Shown here in pieces: positions 13,048 through 24,331 of a DNA stretch of 64,000 nt. The position numbers were made by a program, and so were the translations under genes. Origin of the DNA: Lama glama (taxonomy: Eukaryota); assembly GCA_028534125.1 (NCBI GenBank), contig CM052816.1, positions 99,016,001 to 99,080,000 of the forward strand. Reading direction: 5' to 3'. Numbering within the stretch: the first letter of the stretch is position 1; every line of letters starts with the position of its first letter. The notes below the pieces were generated by a model. That model was not told the origin of the DNA. It ran no database searches and saw only the letters and a list, made by a program, of their open reading frames with translations.

Positions 13048-13164
13048 CTTCTTAAACCCAGCTCCCGGCACGTCAAGAGCTGTGCGGAAACTCCTCGTGG
13101 AAGAAACCCAGCCTCCAGGAGGAATCCCTAAGCCATCTGATCAGGGACCTGTCTTCTTGGTCTT
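13048..13164 (-). ncRNA. Candidate non-coding internal exon (117 nt)
   Basis: Acceptor 'gctaagcatttctgtttatttccag|' and donor 'AAG|GTGAGT'; stop codons in all three frames. Confidence 0.4.
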
Positions 13165-13387
13165 CTGGAAATAAACAGAAATGCTTAGCATTGTTCGCAT
13201 GTCTTCAGTGGGAGTTCACTGCACACAACTGAGCTGCTGCAGGTCAGATTGTTCAAGTTACAGAGAGAGCAATAAAGGTCACGACCAAGGCCATGGAAAC
13301 TGTTCCTAGTGAAAGGGAAACAGGCATTTTACAAAGTCTGTCCATGAGACGGGGAATCGCCCTCTATAGAAATCAGTAACTACTTAC

Positions 13388-13438
13388 AGTCTGTGCTGAG
13401 AGTGTTTTGAGGGATCGACAATGCACACATGGAAAACT
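13388..13438 (-). other. Candidate 51-nt exon
   Basis: Poly-T tract then 'ggcctatgag|'; donor 'ACT|GTAAGT'; open in all frames. Confidence 0.25.
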
Positions 13439-16400
13439 CTCATAGGCCAAAAAAAAAAAAAAACCATAAACTGAGGAAACAAAAGAACACAACCCAGACA
13501 TCATGGAGAAACACAGTGTGGGCACAGAGAGGATTTGGATCTGGGAGACTGGACCCCGGAGGGCCCTCAGCATCCACACAGGTCTAGGGGGCAGCACACG
13601 TCAGAGCTCGATGCCCAAGCTCACGATGCAGAGGACAAGGGGGGCCCGTCTGGGCTGGGGCTGCACGTGATGAAGCACGCTCAGTCCTCACTGCCCGCGT
13701 GGGCTTGGTTATCGGCAAGCACTTTGGCCTTTTCATAGGTAACTGAGTTAAAAAATGAATAAAAACTGCTCTGAAATTGCTATTTAGGCAAACTGGATGG
13801 ATTCTGCAGAAAGTCAATGGTTTTATCTTCAGAACATTGACACTGGTTTCGACAAATGCCTGGTTCTACCAGCATCTTTCCTTTTGAAGGCTCTGCACCT
13901 AATTCTTTCCTCTCCTCTGACTTTTTCATACCCATTTCCTTCAGGGTACAAGTCTTGGGTGGTCCTCTGGAACATACTGTTCCTAATCCCGGCCAGCTTT
14001 CTTTTCTTGTTTGGCTAGGAGAGGAAAAAAACTTACTTTTTAAGTTACCCTCTCTTTGTCGTGTGCAAGATCCACTCATATTAATTAATTAGTAGACCTA
14101 ATATTAACACCTCTTCAATGTCTTCCCTTATCTGGGATTAAAAGTAACCTATTATCTCCCTTCTGTTGTATGCTTTTGTAAAAGGATAAACAATCAGAAA
14201 ATTGTCCTTGTAGTGCCTAGCTCCCATGTTGCATTTGAGTGATTTTGTTTTTTAGCCTGAAATTCAGGGAACGGGTATACTGGCTTCCTGCACTTTTTCC
14301 CTGTGCTCAGCATCTCTCTTCTCTGCATGGACATGTCCCCAAGGACACCCAAAGCTACACCCATAGAGTCCTGAGGGCTACGTTTGGGCACTGCAGCTGG
14401 CGTGCCCTAGGGAGGCCCCCACATGCCCCGCTGAGAAGGGCGCAGGCACACGGCGAACGTCAGGGCAGAGCGTCCCTGGCGACGCCGCAGGGAGGAGCAG
14501 GCCAGGGAGCTGGAGCTTCCAGGCACGAGGGAGTGGAGGACCGCAGCTGTGATGCATCTGAGCGGCCCCTGACACATGGGCTGATTAAATTAAAATTGTT
14601 GGCACAGAAACATGGCCAAGTGTCACGCGTCCAGTATGAATCAAGGCCTCCTAGCCTGGCTTGCTCATGAATCAAGTCCTGCCTTCTTGGAGGTGACGGT
14701 TATATGATCTCCCTGAACTCTGGCTCTCTTGTGAGATTAACAGGATGCTTTCGCCTGCGCCCTGAGACTCGTCCCGACCCTGCTCTCTGTGCCTCGTGGC
14801 CTGTTCTCCTTCGCTTGCTCTTCCATTTATCTCCAAAAAAAATTCGCCAGATTGTGATCACCTCGCCCCCTTCAGAGTCAAACTCTCATTTTGTAATAAA
14901 GTTTTAAAAAACCCACAGTTCATATGGTTTTTCAAAGTTACCTCTCCAGCTCTGGCAAAAAGGAGTGGATGCCCCCGAAGCCCCGGGACATCGTTGAGAA
15001 GCCGCTGAGTGCCCGGAGGCAAACACTTCAGTGACAAGTCCCCACCCTGCGCCAAGTCTTCAACCCTGATGAGGCCAGGACGCCCTACGGCTGGCAGCAG
15101 GTGGACCGCTGTCCTCCGTCAGCCCCTGGGGGCCTCGTTAAGCACCGCCCGCCCCCTGACCGTGGCCTCTCTGCGCGCGCGGAAGGCATCCACACCGCGC
15201 CCACTGGCCGGCAGTGCTAGGGCTGAGACTCAAGATCTGAGGGGTGCGGGGGGCGCCCCGCGCTGCCTCCTACTTGTCGCACCCCTGCCTACGTGGTCCA
15301 CGCGACCCACATGTCCTTCCAGCCTGCCCTCCCGCTCCGTGTCTGCCAAGCGCCCACCTCTTTTTAGCCTCAGTGTCCACTTCGGTTTGCTTCTTCTCCA
15401 AGCTCTGCTCCAGGAAAAACTGCTCGTTTCTCGGCCTCCTTCAGCCTCGCACACTTGTCCCTTAGCCCTTGCTTTCCACGCAGCGCTGTAATGTTTCTCC
15501 CTGGGGCTGCCTCCCCACGGCGGCGAGGTTTTGCAAGACCTGGAGAGGAAGGGTTCTCATCACCCCTCATCCCGCCGATGAGGGAGGATTCCTGCCCCCG
15601 GGTTACAGGAAAGGCCAAATACCCGACGCCCGGCAGGTGGAATCAGTGTTGACTTTTAGTCACGTGGACTCACAGCCCCGGGGCGGAGGGCACTGCATGG
15701 CACAGGACACCCGGCGCCACACGGGGTTGTGCTCAGAGCAGAGGAGTAATTGCAGCAGTGGGGGCCAGCTCTGCAGTCACGAGGGCGAGGTGGCCTCTGG
15801 CTCCCGAGGGAAGATGTGATGGGCTCCTCCAGTTTCACGGGCTGGCAGGACCTGGTGCCCGCTCCTCGGGGAGAGGTAGGCACTGCGCGTGGTCCCTCGG
15901 GAAGGGGCTGCTGCCGAGGCTCTCTGCCCAGGGAGCAGAGCGAGGAGGGGCGTGTGCTGAGGACGTCCGGTCACCCCAAGTCGCACCGGCTGTCCAGCAG
16001 AACCCATACGGGGCCTACGTTTTAGGTCTTAGGCCACAGTTGTCACCTAAATGCACTGGAGCTTCTGGCTAGGAGCCCTGTGAAGACCTAAACGCTTGTA
16101 TCATTTGTTTTGCCCTCCCTTGTGCTCCTCCACATTGTAGCCTGGAAGGCTGCGAAGATCTCATATTTGGCACGTCGGGGAACCTGAGATTAGTGAGAAC
16201 TCCCTCCGGTGTGTGGCAGGCCAAGGGTTTTCCAGAGGGGGTGGACATCTGGATGTCAACAGCTGGCTTTGTTCTTTTCCCATATTCATTTTCTGGACAT
16301 GACAGCATTTTTAAAGTAGCCACAGAATTAAATTTCAGTTACTTCTAATCATTTGTTAAAGGTGTCAGAGCATTTCCCAGCAGAGCTGAGGGCTGGAGAG

Positions 16401-16479
16401 TCGTCCTGGATGGGGAGTGCTCTGGGCACCTCTGCCCAGCGCTCAGAAGGGTCAGCATCTCGTGTCCACTTGGACGCTA

Positions 16480-16620
16480 GTCCTGGGTCTGCCGCCTTTC
16501 AGCTTTGAGACCTCAGACAAGTGACATCAGTTTTCCTGCCTGCAGAATGGGCACGATGACACTAGTACCTGTGGTGCTGAGAATAAACTGTGAAAACACA
16601 AGCAAAGCAGTGAATGCAGG
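16480..16620 (+). mobile_element. MIR SINE fragment
   Basis: 'gacctcagacaagtgac...cagttttcctgcctgcagaatgggcacgatgac' MIR core. Confidence 0.6.
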
Positions 16621-16639
16621 ACTGCCAAGTCAGTGCGTC

Positions 16640-17098
16640 CGCAGGGGCTGCCATTCTGACGCGAGCAGAAAATTCACACTCCCTGGCACCTCAGAGCATG
16701 ACCTTATCTGGAAATTGGGTCTTTGCAGATGTAACTAAGGTGAGCGTTGAGGAGAGATCGTCCTGGATGAGGGTGTGATTAACCCAGTGACAGTGTCCTT
16801 CCAAGAAACAGGCAGATTTGGACACTGGGAGACACAGGGAGGCAGAGAATGAGATGTGAAAGCAGAAATCAAAATCGGAGGGAGGCAGCCACAAGCCAGG
16901 GAATGCAGAGGACTGCCAGCAACCAGCAGCAGCCGGAGGGCCAAGGAGGACCCCTCCCCTGGAGCCGTGGGGAGACAGTGGTGCTGCCAATGCCTTGATT
17001 TTGGGCTTCTGGCCTCCAGGACTGTGAGGGATGCGACCCTGTTGGTTTAAGCCATGCCAATTATGGCAACCTGTTAGGGCAGCCTTAGGAAGCTGATA
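16640..17098 (+). mobile_element. MaLR solo LTR (MLT1C-like)
   Basis: 'gaccttatctggaaattgggtctttgcagatgtaactaagg...agccacaagccagggaatgc...ttctggcctccaggactgtgag...ttaagcca'. Confidence 0.85.
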
Positions 17099-17184
17099 AA
17101 ATGTGATGCGATGCGAGGTGCTTGGGGATAAAACAGACTAAACTCTCCTGGGACCGTGTTCTTGAGAACCAGCCTGTTGGGATA

Positions 17185-17270
17185 ACCACTCGTCCAACAA
17201 AGGTTTATTAAGGGTCTGCCACGTGCCAGGCACTACTATGGAAATGAGTGAAACGGCGGGAACCCAGCAC
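17185..17270 (-). mobile_element. L2 3' end fragment
   Basis: 'caacaaaggtttattaagggtctgccacgtgccaggcact' is the antisense L2 terminus. Confidence 0.6.
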
Positions 17271-18142
17271 CTGGAGCTGGTGGGGTGGACCCCAGGCTTC
17301 AGCCGGCCTGCTCTGCTCCCTGATGCGGGACACAGGCTCACCCGGAGCGGCCGGCTCCCCGGGCATGGGTGCTGGTCTAGGTGCCTGCCGCACGAGGCGG
17401 GTGTGTGCGCAGAGCTGCGCGGGCACAGCAGGGCTGGGGCAGGAGCCCAGGCCGGACGCCCACTCCTGGGCCGATGGGACTTCAGCTGCCCCCGTCACGT
17501 GGGCCGTAGGCACCTGCAGGCCTCAGGACGAGAGGAGGAATCTGTGTAAGTGCACAGGACGGTACCAAGGCCGTTGTGGCTCCAGCTGAGGCTGCTGTCT
17601 GCTCTGGTGGTCACCTCCCTCTTGACCAGACGTCTCCACCCGGATCGCGGAGTGGCTTTGTTAAACAGCCTCGGCCTCTCCCAGCCACAAACCAGCCCCA
17701 GACTTTTAAGGGCTTGTCTTGTTCACATTCCAGATGAAAGCATGTCATGTTCTTTTATATTTTCCAAAATCACAGGGTGTCATTTCTGCTAAACTGCAAG
17801 ACATCTTCACCCTTCAGATACAATAAAACAAATAATTTCAATGAAGACTTTACTCTGAAAACATACCAGGAGATGTGACTTTGTAGCCCTCTCACAGACA
17901 CAGATTAACCTCATCTTTCATTTTTTTTCCCAAGAATCACAATGTTTACTGATAGATACAAGTCTATAAAATCAGGGCATGAATGTGACTTCACAACTTA
18001 AGCAGACTTGATTCCAATGCTAGGATGAGAGGGACCAATGAAAACTGTCGCCATCTGTTTATACCCACAAAAACCACTTCAAGGACATTAAGGATCTCTC
18101 AGAACTGACCCATGTTGTGCAAGTAAACCATGTTTCTTTTTT

Positions 18143-20550
18143 CAGAGATGAATTATTTTATCTTGTTTTAGTTTTTATTGATTTATAATTGATATACAAT
18201 ATTATATTGTTAGAGTTTTCAAGTATAGTTTTTCACAATTTTTAAAGTTTATAGTTATTATAAAATACTGGCTACATTCCCCGTGTTGTACAATAAATCC
18301 TCGTAGCTTATTTTATAGTTTGTACCTTTTAATCCCCCGCCCCAAGGCTGCCCCTCGGCTGCCCCTCCCTCTTTCCTTCTCCCCCCGGGCAGCCGCTAGT
18401 TCTTTGTGTCTGTGAGTCTGCTGCTTCTGTGTTATATTCATTAGATTGCTGTGGTTTTTTTTTTTTGATTCCACACATAAGTGATCACACAGTAATTTTC
18501 TTTCTGACTTATTTCACTTGGCAAAATACCCTCTGAGTCCATTTATGTTGCTGCAAATGGCAATGTTCCATTCTTTTTATGCCTGAGTAATATTCCACTG
18601 CATAGACACACCATGTCTTCTTTATCCAGTCATCTGTCGATAGGCACTTAGGTTGTTCCCGTATCTTGGTTCTTGTAAACAGTGCTGCTGTGAACAATGG
18701 CATGGATGTATCTTTTGAATTAGTGTTTTTTTGTTTGTTTGTTTGTTTTTGTTATATGTGCAGGAGTGGAATTCCTGGTTCATACAGTAGTTCTATTTTT
18801 AGTTTTTTGAGAAATCCCATACTGTTTTCCACAGTGGATGCACCAATTAACATTCCCACCAGCAGTGGACAAGGGCCCCCTTTCTCCACATTTTCATCAA
18901 CATGCGTTGTTTGTGTTCTTTTTGATGATGGCTATTCTGACAGGTGTGGGGTGATATCTCACTGTGGTTTTATCTTTCTCTAATGATGAGTGATGTCGAG
19001 CTGTTGGCCACCTGTATTTCTTCTTTGGAAAAATGTCTGTTCAGTTCTTCTGCCCATTTTTTAAATGAGGTTGTTTGTTTTTTGATGTTCAGTTATATGA
19101 GCTGTTTATGTATGTTGGATAATGACCCTTTACCTGTCATCTCATTTGCAAATATTTTTTCCCATTCAGTTGGCCTTTTTGTTTGATGATGGTTTCCTCT
19201 GCTGTGTAAAATCTTTCGAGTTTAATTAGGACCTAGTTATTTGCTTTTCACTTTTGTCCCCTTGCCTTAGAGAGATCCAAAAAATATTGCCCAGATTTAT
19301 GTCAAGGAGTATACTGCCTATATTTTATGGTTTCTGGTATTACATTTAGGTCTTTAATCCACTTTGAATTTACTTTGTATGTGGTGTGGGAAAATGTTCT
19401 AACTTCCTTCTTTTACAGGTGGCTGTCCAGGTTTCCCAGCACCACTTACTGAAGAGATTGTCTTTTCTCCATCGTATATTCTTTCCTCCTTTGTCATAGA
19501 CTAATTGACCCACGAGTGTGTGGGTTTACTTATGGACCTTCTATCCTGTTTCATTGATCTGTGTGTCTGTTTTTGTGTCAGCACCACAGTTTTGTGATTA
19601 TTGTAGCTTCGTAGTATAGTCTGAAGTCAAGGAGCATGATGCCTCCAGCTCTGCTCTTCCTTCTCAAGGTTGTTTTGGTTATTTGGTATCTTTTGTGTTT
19701 TCATAGAAATTAAAAAAAGTGTTCCAGTTCAGTGAAAAACATCATTGATATTTTGATAGGGATTGCATTGAATCTGTAGCTTGCCTTGGGTCGTATGATC
19801 ATTTTAACTGTATTAATTCTTCTAATCCAAGAACATGGCATATCTTTCAATGTTCGTGTCATCTTCAGTTCCTTTCACCAGTGTCTTACAGTTTTCTGAG
19901 CACAGGTTTTTCACCTCCTTGGGTAGGTTTATTTTTTGATGTTTGGTAAATGGGATTGTTTCCTTAATTTCTCTTTCTGATACTTTGTAGTTGTAAGTGT
20001 ATGGAAATGAAACAAACTTCTGTGTATTAATTTTGTGTCCTACAACTTCGCTGAACTCCTCGATGAGTTCTAGCAGTTTTCTGGTGACTCCTTTAGAATT
20101 TTCTATGTATAGTGTTATGTCATCTGCAAATAGTGGCAGTTTGACTTCTTCCTTCCCAGTTCGGATTCTTTTTCTTGTTTGATTGCTGTGGTGAGAGCTT
20201 CTAATACTATGTTTAATAAAAGTGGTAAGAGTGGGAATCCTTATTTTACTCCTGATCTTAGAGGAAATGCTTCCAGCCTTTCATCCGTGAGTTTGCTGTT
20301 AGCTGTGGGTCTGTCATGTGTGGCTTTTACTATGTTGAGGTGTACTCCCTCCATACCTACTTTCTAGAGAGTTTTCATCATAAATGGGTGTTGAATTTTG
20401 CCAAAAGCGTTTCCTGCATCTATTAAGATGATCATATGGCTTTTATTTATTCTTCAGTTTGTTCATGGAGTGTGTCACATTGACTTGCAGATACTGAAAA
20501 ATCCTTGCACTTCTGGGATAAATTCCACTTGAACACGGTGTATGACCCTT
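18143..20550 (-). mobile_element. 5'-truncated L1 (ORF2 C-terminal part plus 3' UTR), degenerate
   Basis: L1 ORF2-like peptide in the ORF track (PLFTAALFTRTKIREQPKCLSTDDWIKKTW); many stops; degenerate TSD g(t/c)aaacca...ttctttt at 18123 and 20551. Confidence 0.92.
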
Positions 20551-21209
20551 GCAAACCACACTTCTTTTAAAAAGACTTGTCACTTGCCCAAGCTTAAAGA
20601 TATTGAAGTGTAGCACACAGAGCCCATCACTAGAGTAGAAACATAGGCAATAGATTAATAACACTATTACGGCAAAAATCACTAATTGTAGCTAAGAGTT
20701 CCTCTGTAACAGCCAAATGGACAGTCCAATATTGCAAAACGGAGCACCGAGGAGCAAAGTGCACGTCCACAGTAGTCACTGCTGCTATTCTGCTTTCTAA
20801 CTTAAAACAGCCTGTGACAACAGCAACCAAGAGCGTCCTGGCGATAGGCCACCTCTGCTTGAGGGCTTGGATGCAAGTATCACATGCTGCGTACATACTA
20901 TCTAAACATTAAAGACAGTGCTAAAATATACGATGATGGATTATGACTGAACCGTTCCACTACAAGAAAGTATATGGGAATCCATGATCCCTCCCATGAA
21001 AGAGGCCTGGACCTGAGACGTGGGATGGCCTGTCCTTGGGGGTTCCAACCGTGGCTTGCCAGTCCAGGTTACAGCGATGATCCTCCGCTGCCCTCTGCTG
21101 GCCAAGCCTGGAACAACAGGGATGAGACTTGCCAGACGGTTTCTGTGGGCGTGGTTTGGATGCTCTGTCCCTCTGTAACCATGAGGGTGGATCTTAACAT
21201 TTCCAAATT

Positions 21210-21375
21210 TGGGTGACCAACTGTCCTAGCTTGATGGGCCTTGGATGGGAGACTTTCTGGAACAGGGGGCTTCCAATTTTTAAAATCCCACAAGTCCTAG
21301 ACAGACCAGTAGGCCTGACACTGAGGCCAAAAGGCAGGGTTCCCCCCACATGGTGACCACGTCCCAGTTTGGTTC
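21210..21375. mobile_element. MER94-like hAT-Blackjack MITE fragments
   Basis: 'gggtgaccaactgtcctagcttg' and 'ggtgaccacgtcccagtttg' termini. Confidence 0.5.
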
Positions 21376-22766
21376 CATTTGCTATTCAGTGACTCGCTTG
21401 GCTTACGGGTGACTGTGACTGACTAGCACACGGGAGTCTAATAAGACAGAGAGGCATTTGGGAATGAGCATCAGTGGTTTGCTGAGGGGTCACCACTGTG
21501 CGTGGGGCTGACCGGACGGTGGGCTTGGTCTCCCCGCGGTCTGCCAGCGTCTAAGGTGTGCTTGCTCTTGGCTGGAGCTTCTACGAGTTTTTCAGTTAAT
21601 TCAGTGGCACTGCCGAGGCGGTGCCATCACTGGGTCCTGCCCACACCGTCCCAGCCCCACTGGGAGCATGCAGCCCCTGCCGAAGTGCATCTGCTTTTCG
21701 TCCAGAAGGCCCCCTGGGCCTCCTTCGCGGGCAGTGTCCAGCCCGCCCTCTGGGCCTGGCTGTCTCTCCCTCCAGAGGGCTTGCTTCCTCACCAGCGCAC
21801 TTCCTCTGCCCAAGTCCCCTCTCACCATTGGGCCGGGGTGACGGGCTGCCAATGCACCTGTGTCCATCCGGGCTGCGCTTCTCAGGAGAGCAGGGCCATT
21901 GCACCGTGTCACCTAACCGTGACCACTTTCCAGCCCTGTCACGCCCCCCAGGGAGAGCAGGGCTCTTGCAGCCACTTCAGGGGCATGGACTCTCCCCTGG
22001 TGGCATAGGAACGCAGCCAGTCCTTCTTGGATCTGAGGGGAGGGACAGCTGGACATGGCAGGGGCCAACCTCCAGGCCCTCAACTCCAGAGCCAGCGCTT
22101 CACCTGATTCTGGAGGAAGCTCTGCAAAGAGGCCATCACCCCTCAGCCTGACCTGCCAAGACAGCGGGCGGATGACTCAGAGAGACATACACATACGAGG
22201 AGCCTAAGGAACGTGCCCAGCGCCCACGGGGCAGTCATTGCCCACTGCTGCGCCGGCCTGAACGGACCCCCTTCCTTCGGATGAAGGCACTGGATCCCGC
22301 ACCCGCCCGGGACTGAGTCAGCGTCCACCCTGCACCTGCTGGCTGTTTGGCTGGGGTGCTGCCTGCACCCATAGTAGTCACACTGAGATCACCAGCAGAC
22401 GTGCTGCTGGGGACAGACACAGGGCCAGTCTGTCACCTGGCCTGCAGTCCTTGTAAAGAAACAGTTCACTAATGAGAATACTGACAACGAGATGGAAATT
22501 CACAGGAGTTCAGGTTCTCCATCAGTCAGGGCCGCCGCCTGATTTGCATCCCTCTTGCTACCTGTTGCTTTTGATTTGGAATCAAGTGAGGGGCTGGTTG
22601 GCAAGACTAAAATGTGAATCTCTGTTGGAGCTCAAGTTTTAGGAGGGAGGAAGCTGGCACCCTCCCCACCCCCCAGGAGACACAGGAGTTGGTGGAAACA
22701 GAGGGAAATCGCGAGATGCCGTGGAAGGCCCAGGGGACCTCGGTACTTACAGTGGGGAGAGCTCAC

Positions 22767-22906
22767 CTTTCCATCCACTGGCCCAGCCGAGTGTGCAGTC
22801 TTCAAATCAGGGAGGAAATGGAGGCCTCCGGGCTTCCTGGCCCTGCACCCTTGTGAGGACGAGCTGGGAGAGAGCACGGGCAGGGGGAGGGTTGGCTGGA
22901 TGTTCT
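22767..22906 (-). other. Candidate internal exon (140 nt)
   Basis: Acceptor 'ctttacctttctctctgcag|', donor 'AAG|GTGAGC'; open in phase 1 (ENIQPTLPLPVLSPSSSSQGCRARKPGGLHFLPDLKTAHSAGPVDGK). Confidence 0.35.
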
Positions 22907-23256
22907 CTGCAGAGAGAAAGGTAAAGGCGGGCAGCCCAGGGCTTTGTGGGTCGTGGGCCCTGACCCCCCAGGGAGGACAGGAACCTCTCTAGCCAAGCAT
23001 TCTCACCTCGGTGCTATAACAACCCTGAGAAGGTTTGCTGGGCAGATTAATAGCATTAGTAGTTGCTGCAGGGCTGCAGAAAGGGGATTTTCTGGTCATT
23101 TCTTTCAAAGTAAAGCAATCATTTCAAAGCTCCTTCTCCAAAGAAACTTAAAAAAATTATTGTTAAAAAAAGAGAAAAGAGCAAGCAAATATTTACAATT
23201 GTGAAGTTAAAGATTAAAAAGAAAAATGTGCCCTTGCCAGCCAACCAGCTGCTGAC

Positions 23257-23382
23257 CTTGGGAAAACAGGCCAAGACCGTGGGCAGTTGCCATGGAGACG
23301 GGCCTCAAGAGCTAGCCTCGCAGGCTCCTAACAGCGGGATGCTCCTGTCTCCAACCCCGCGCCCCACGGCCCCGCAGGATTC
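23257..23382 (-). other. Candidate exon (126 nt) containing an ATG that overlaps an RFX X-box
   Basis: Acceptor '(gctt)n-tcag|', donor 'AAG|GTCAGC'; ATG at 23293-23291 gives MATAHGLGLFSQ plus phase 1. Confidence 0.35.
23286..23299. promoter_or_regulatory. RFX X-box
   Basis: GTTGCCATGGAGAC, a near-canonical RFX site. Confidence 0.55.
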
Positions 23383-23959
23383 CTGAAAGCAAGCAAGCAA
23401 GCCAGCAAGAGCACAGAGTTCTGAGTCAGTTAATGCAAACAGCGAACACAGCAAACTCTGATTAAGGGCCGAGGGCAGGGGGCACTATTTACAATATCGC
23501 TGACTCCCAGCAACAGCAGTCTCTGCCTCGTCTTCCCGTCTGAGCCCTGGACCAAAGTACAGACAAGGCAGCAAGGGTTCTTTTCATGGAAGAATAAATA
23601 ATTACCAAACCAAACCAAACAAAACAAAGTTGCAAATGACGAGTTTGACACCAGTGCACAAATGAGTAGGTAGTTGCACACATAAGCAGACACCCCTAAG
23701 TGTATAACACACCTGTCACCTGATAGCGGGCCCAGAGAGTCTCTGAAAAGGCCTAGGGCAGGTAACTGTGGTTTATTTTTGTTTCAGGTGGGTGAAGTTT
23801 TAAAAACTTTAAGCAAAAATCAAAAGGAAAAAATTTAAAAATAAATACAGAAATAAAATAAATAGTGGATTCAAAGAAAAAATCAAATTGTAACTTTTGA
23901 AAATAAAAAAGTAAGTATTTATATTATTATTATTCTTGTTATTGTTATTTATAAATGGC

Positions 23960-24331
23960 TGTTGGGCTGCACCTCAGCCTTGTAATTGTGCAGCCGTGCG
24001 GCAGGAGGATGAGCCTGGAGACAGCAGGCGACGTCAACGGTTTATCGAACAAAAGATCCTGGGCGACGCCCCACCGTGCACAGGAAACAGCAGGCAGGAC
24101 CGGTGGCAGCCCTGCGAAGGAGGCTGCCAGTCAGAGGCTGGCGCAGCAGTTACCAGGGAAACCAGAGGCTGGGGCCTGGGAAGGCACGCAGGCTGGTGCT
24201 GGTTAAGCCCCGTGATCCAGGGGGTCGGATCAGGGGAGGAGGTGTAGGCGAAGCAGAGACTGGCCAGCAGGGGGCGACAGAGAGCAGGATGACAGCCATC
24301 CTAGCCGCCTGACCACACAGCGTCTTTCACA
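23960..24331 (-). mobile_element. ERV1-type solo LTR
   Basis: Minus strand reads TGTGAAAGAC...GGTGCAGCCCAACA (TG...CA), with a GATAAA poly(A)-signal variant and a U5-like end resembling cetartiodactyl ERV1 LTRs; no clear TSD. Confidence 0.7.
24261..24278 (+). promoter_or_regulatory. CTCF motif (inside LTR)
   Basis: TGGCCAGCAGGGGGCGAC matches the core CCASYAGRKGGC. Confidence 0.6.

Noticed and set aside
20630..20896. 88-aa ORF next to the L1 5' truncation, considered as a processed pseudogene or transduction
   Set aside because: No recognisable homolog or poly(A) tail, and it lies outside the apparent L1 TSD.
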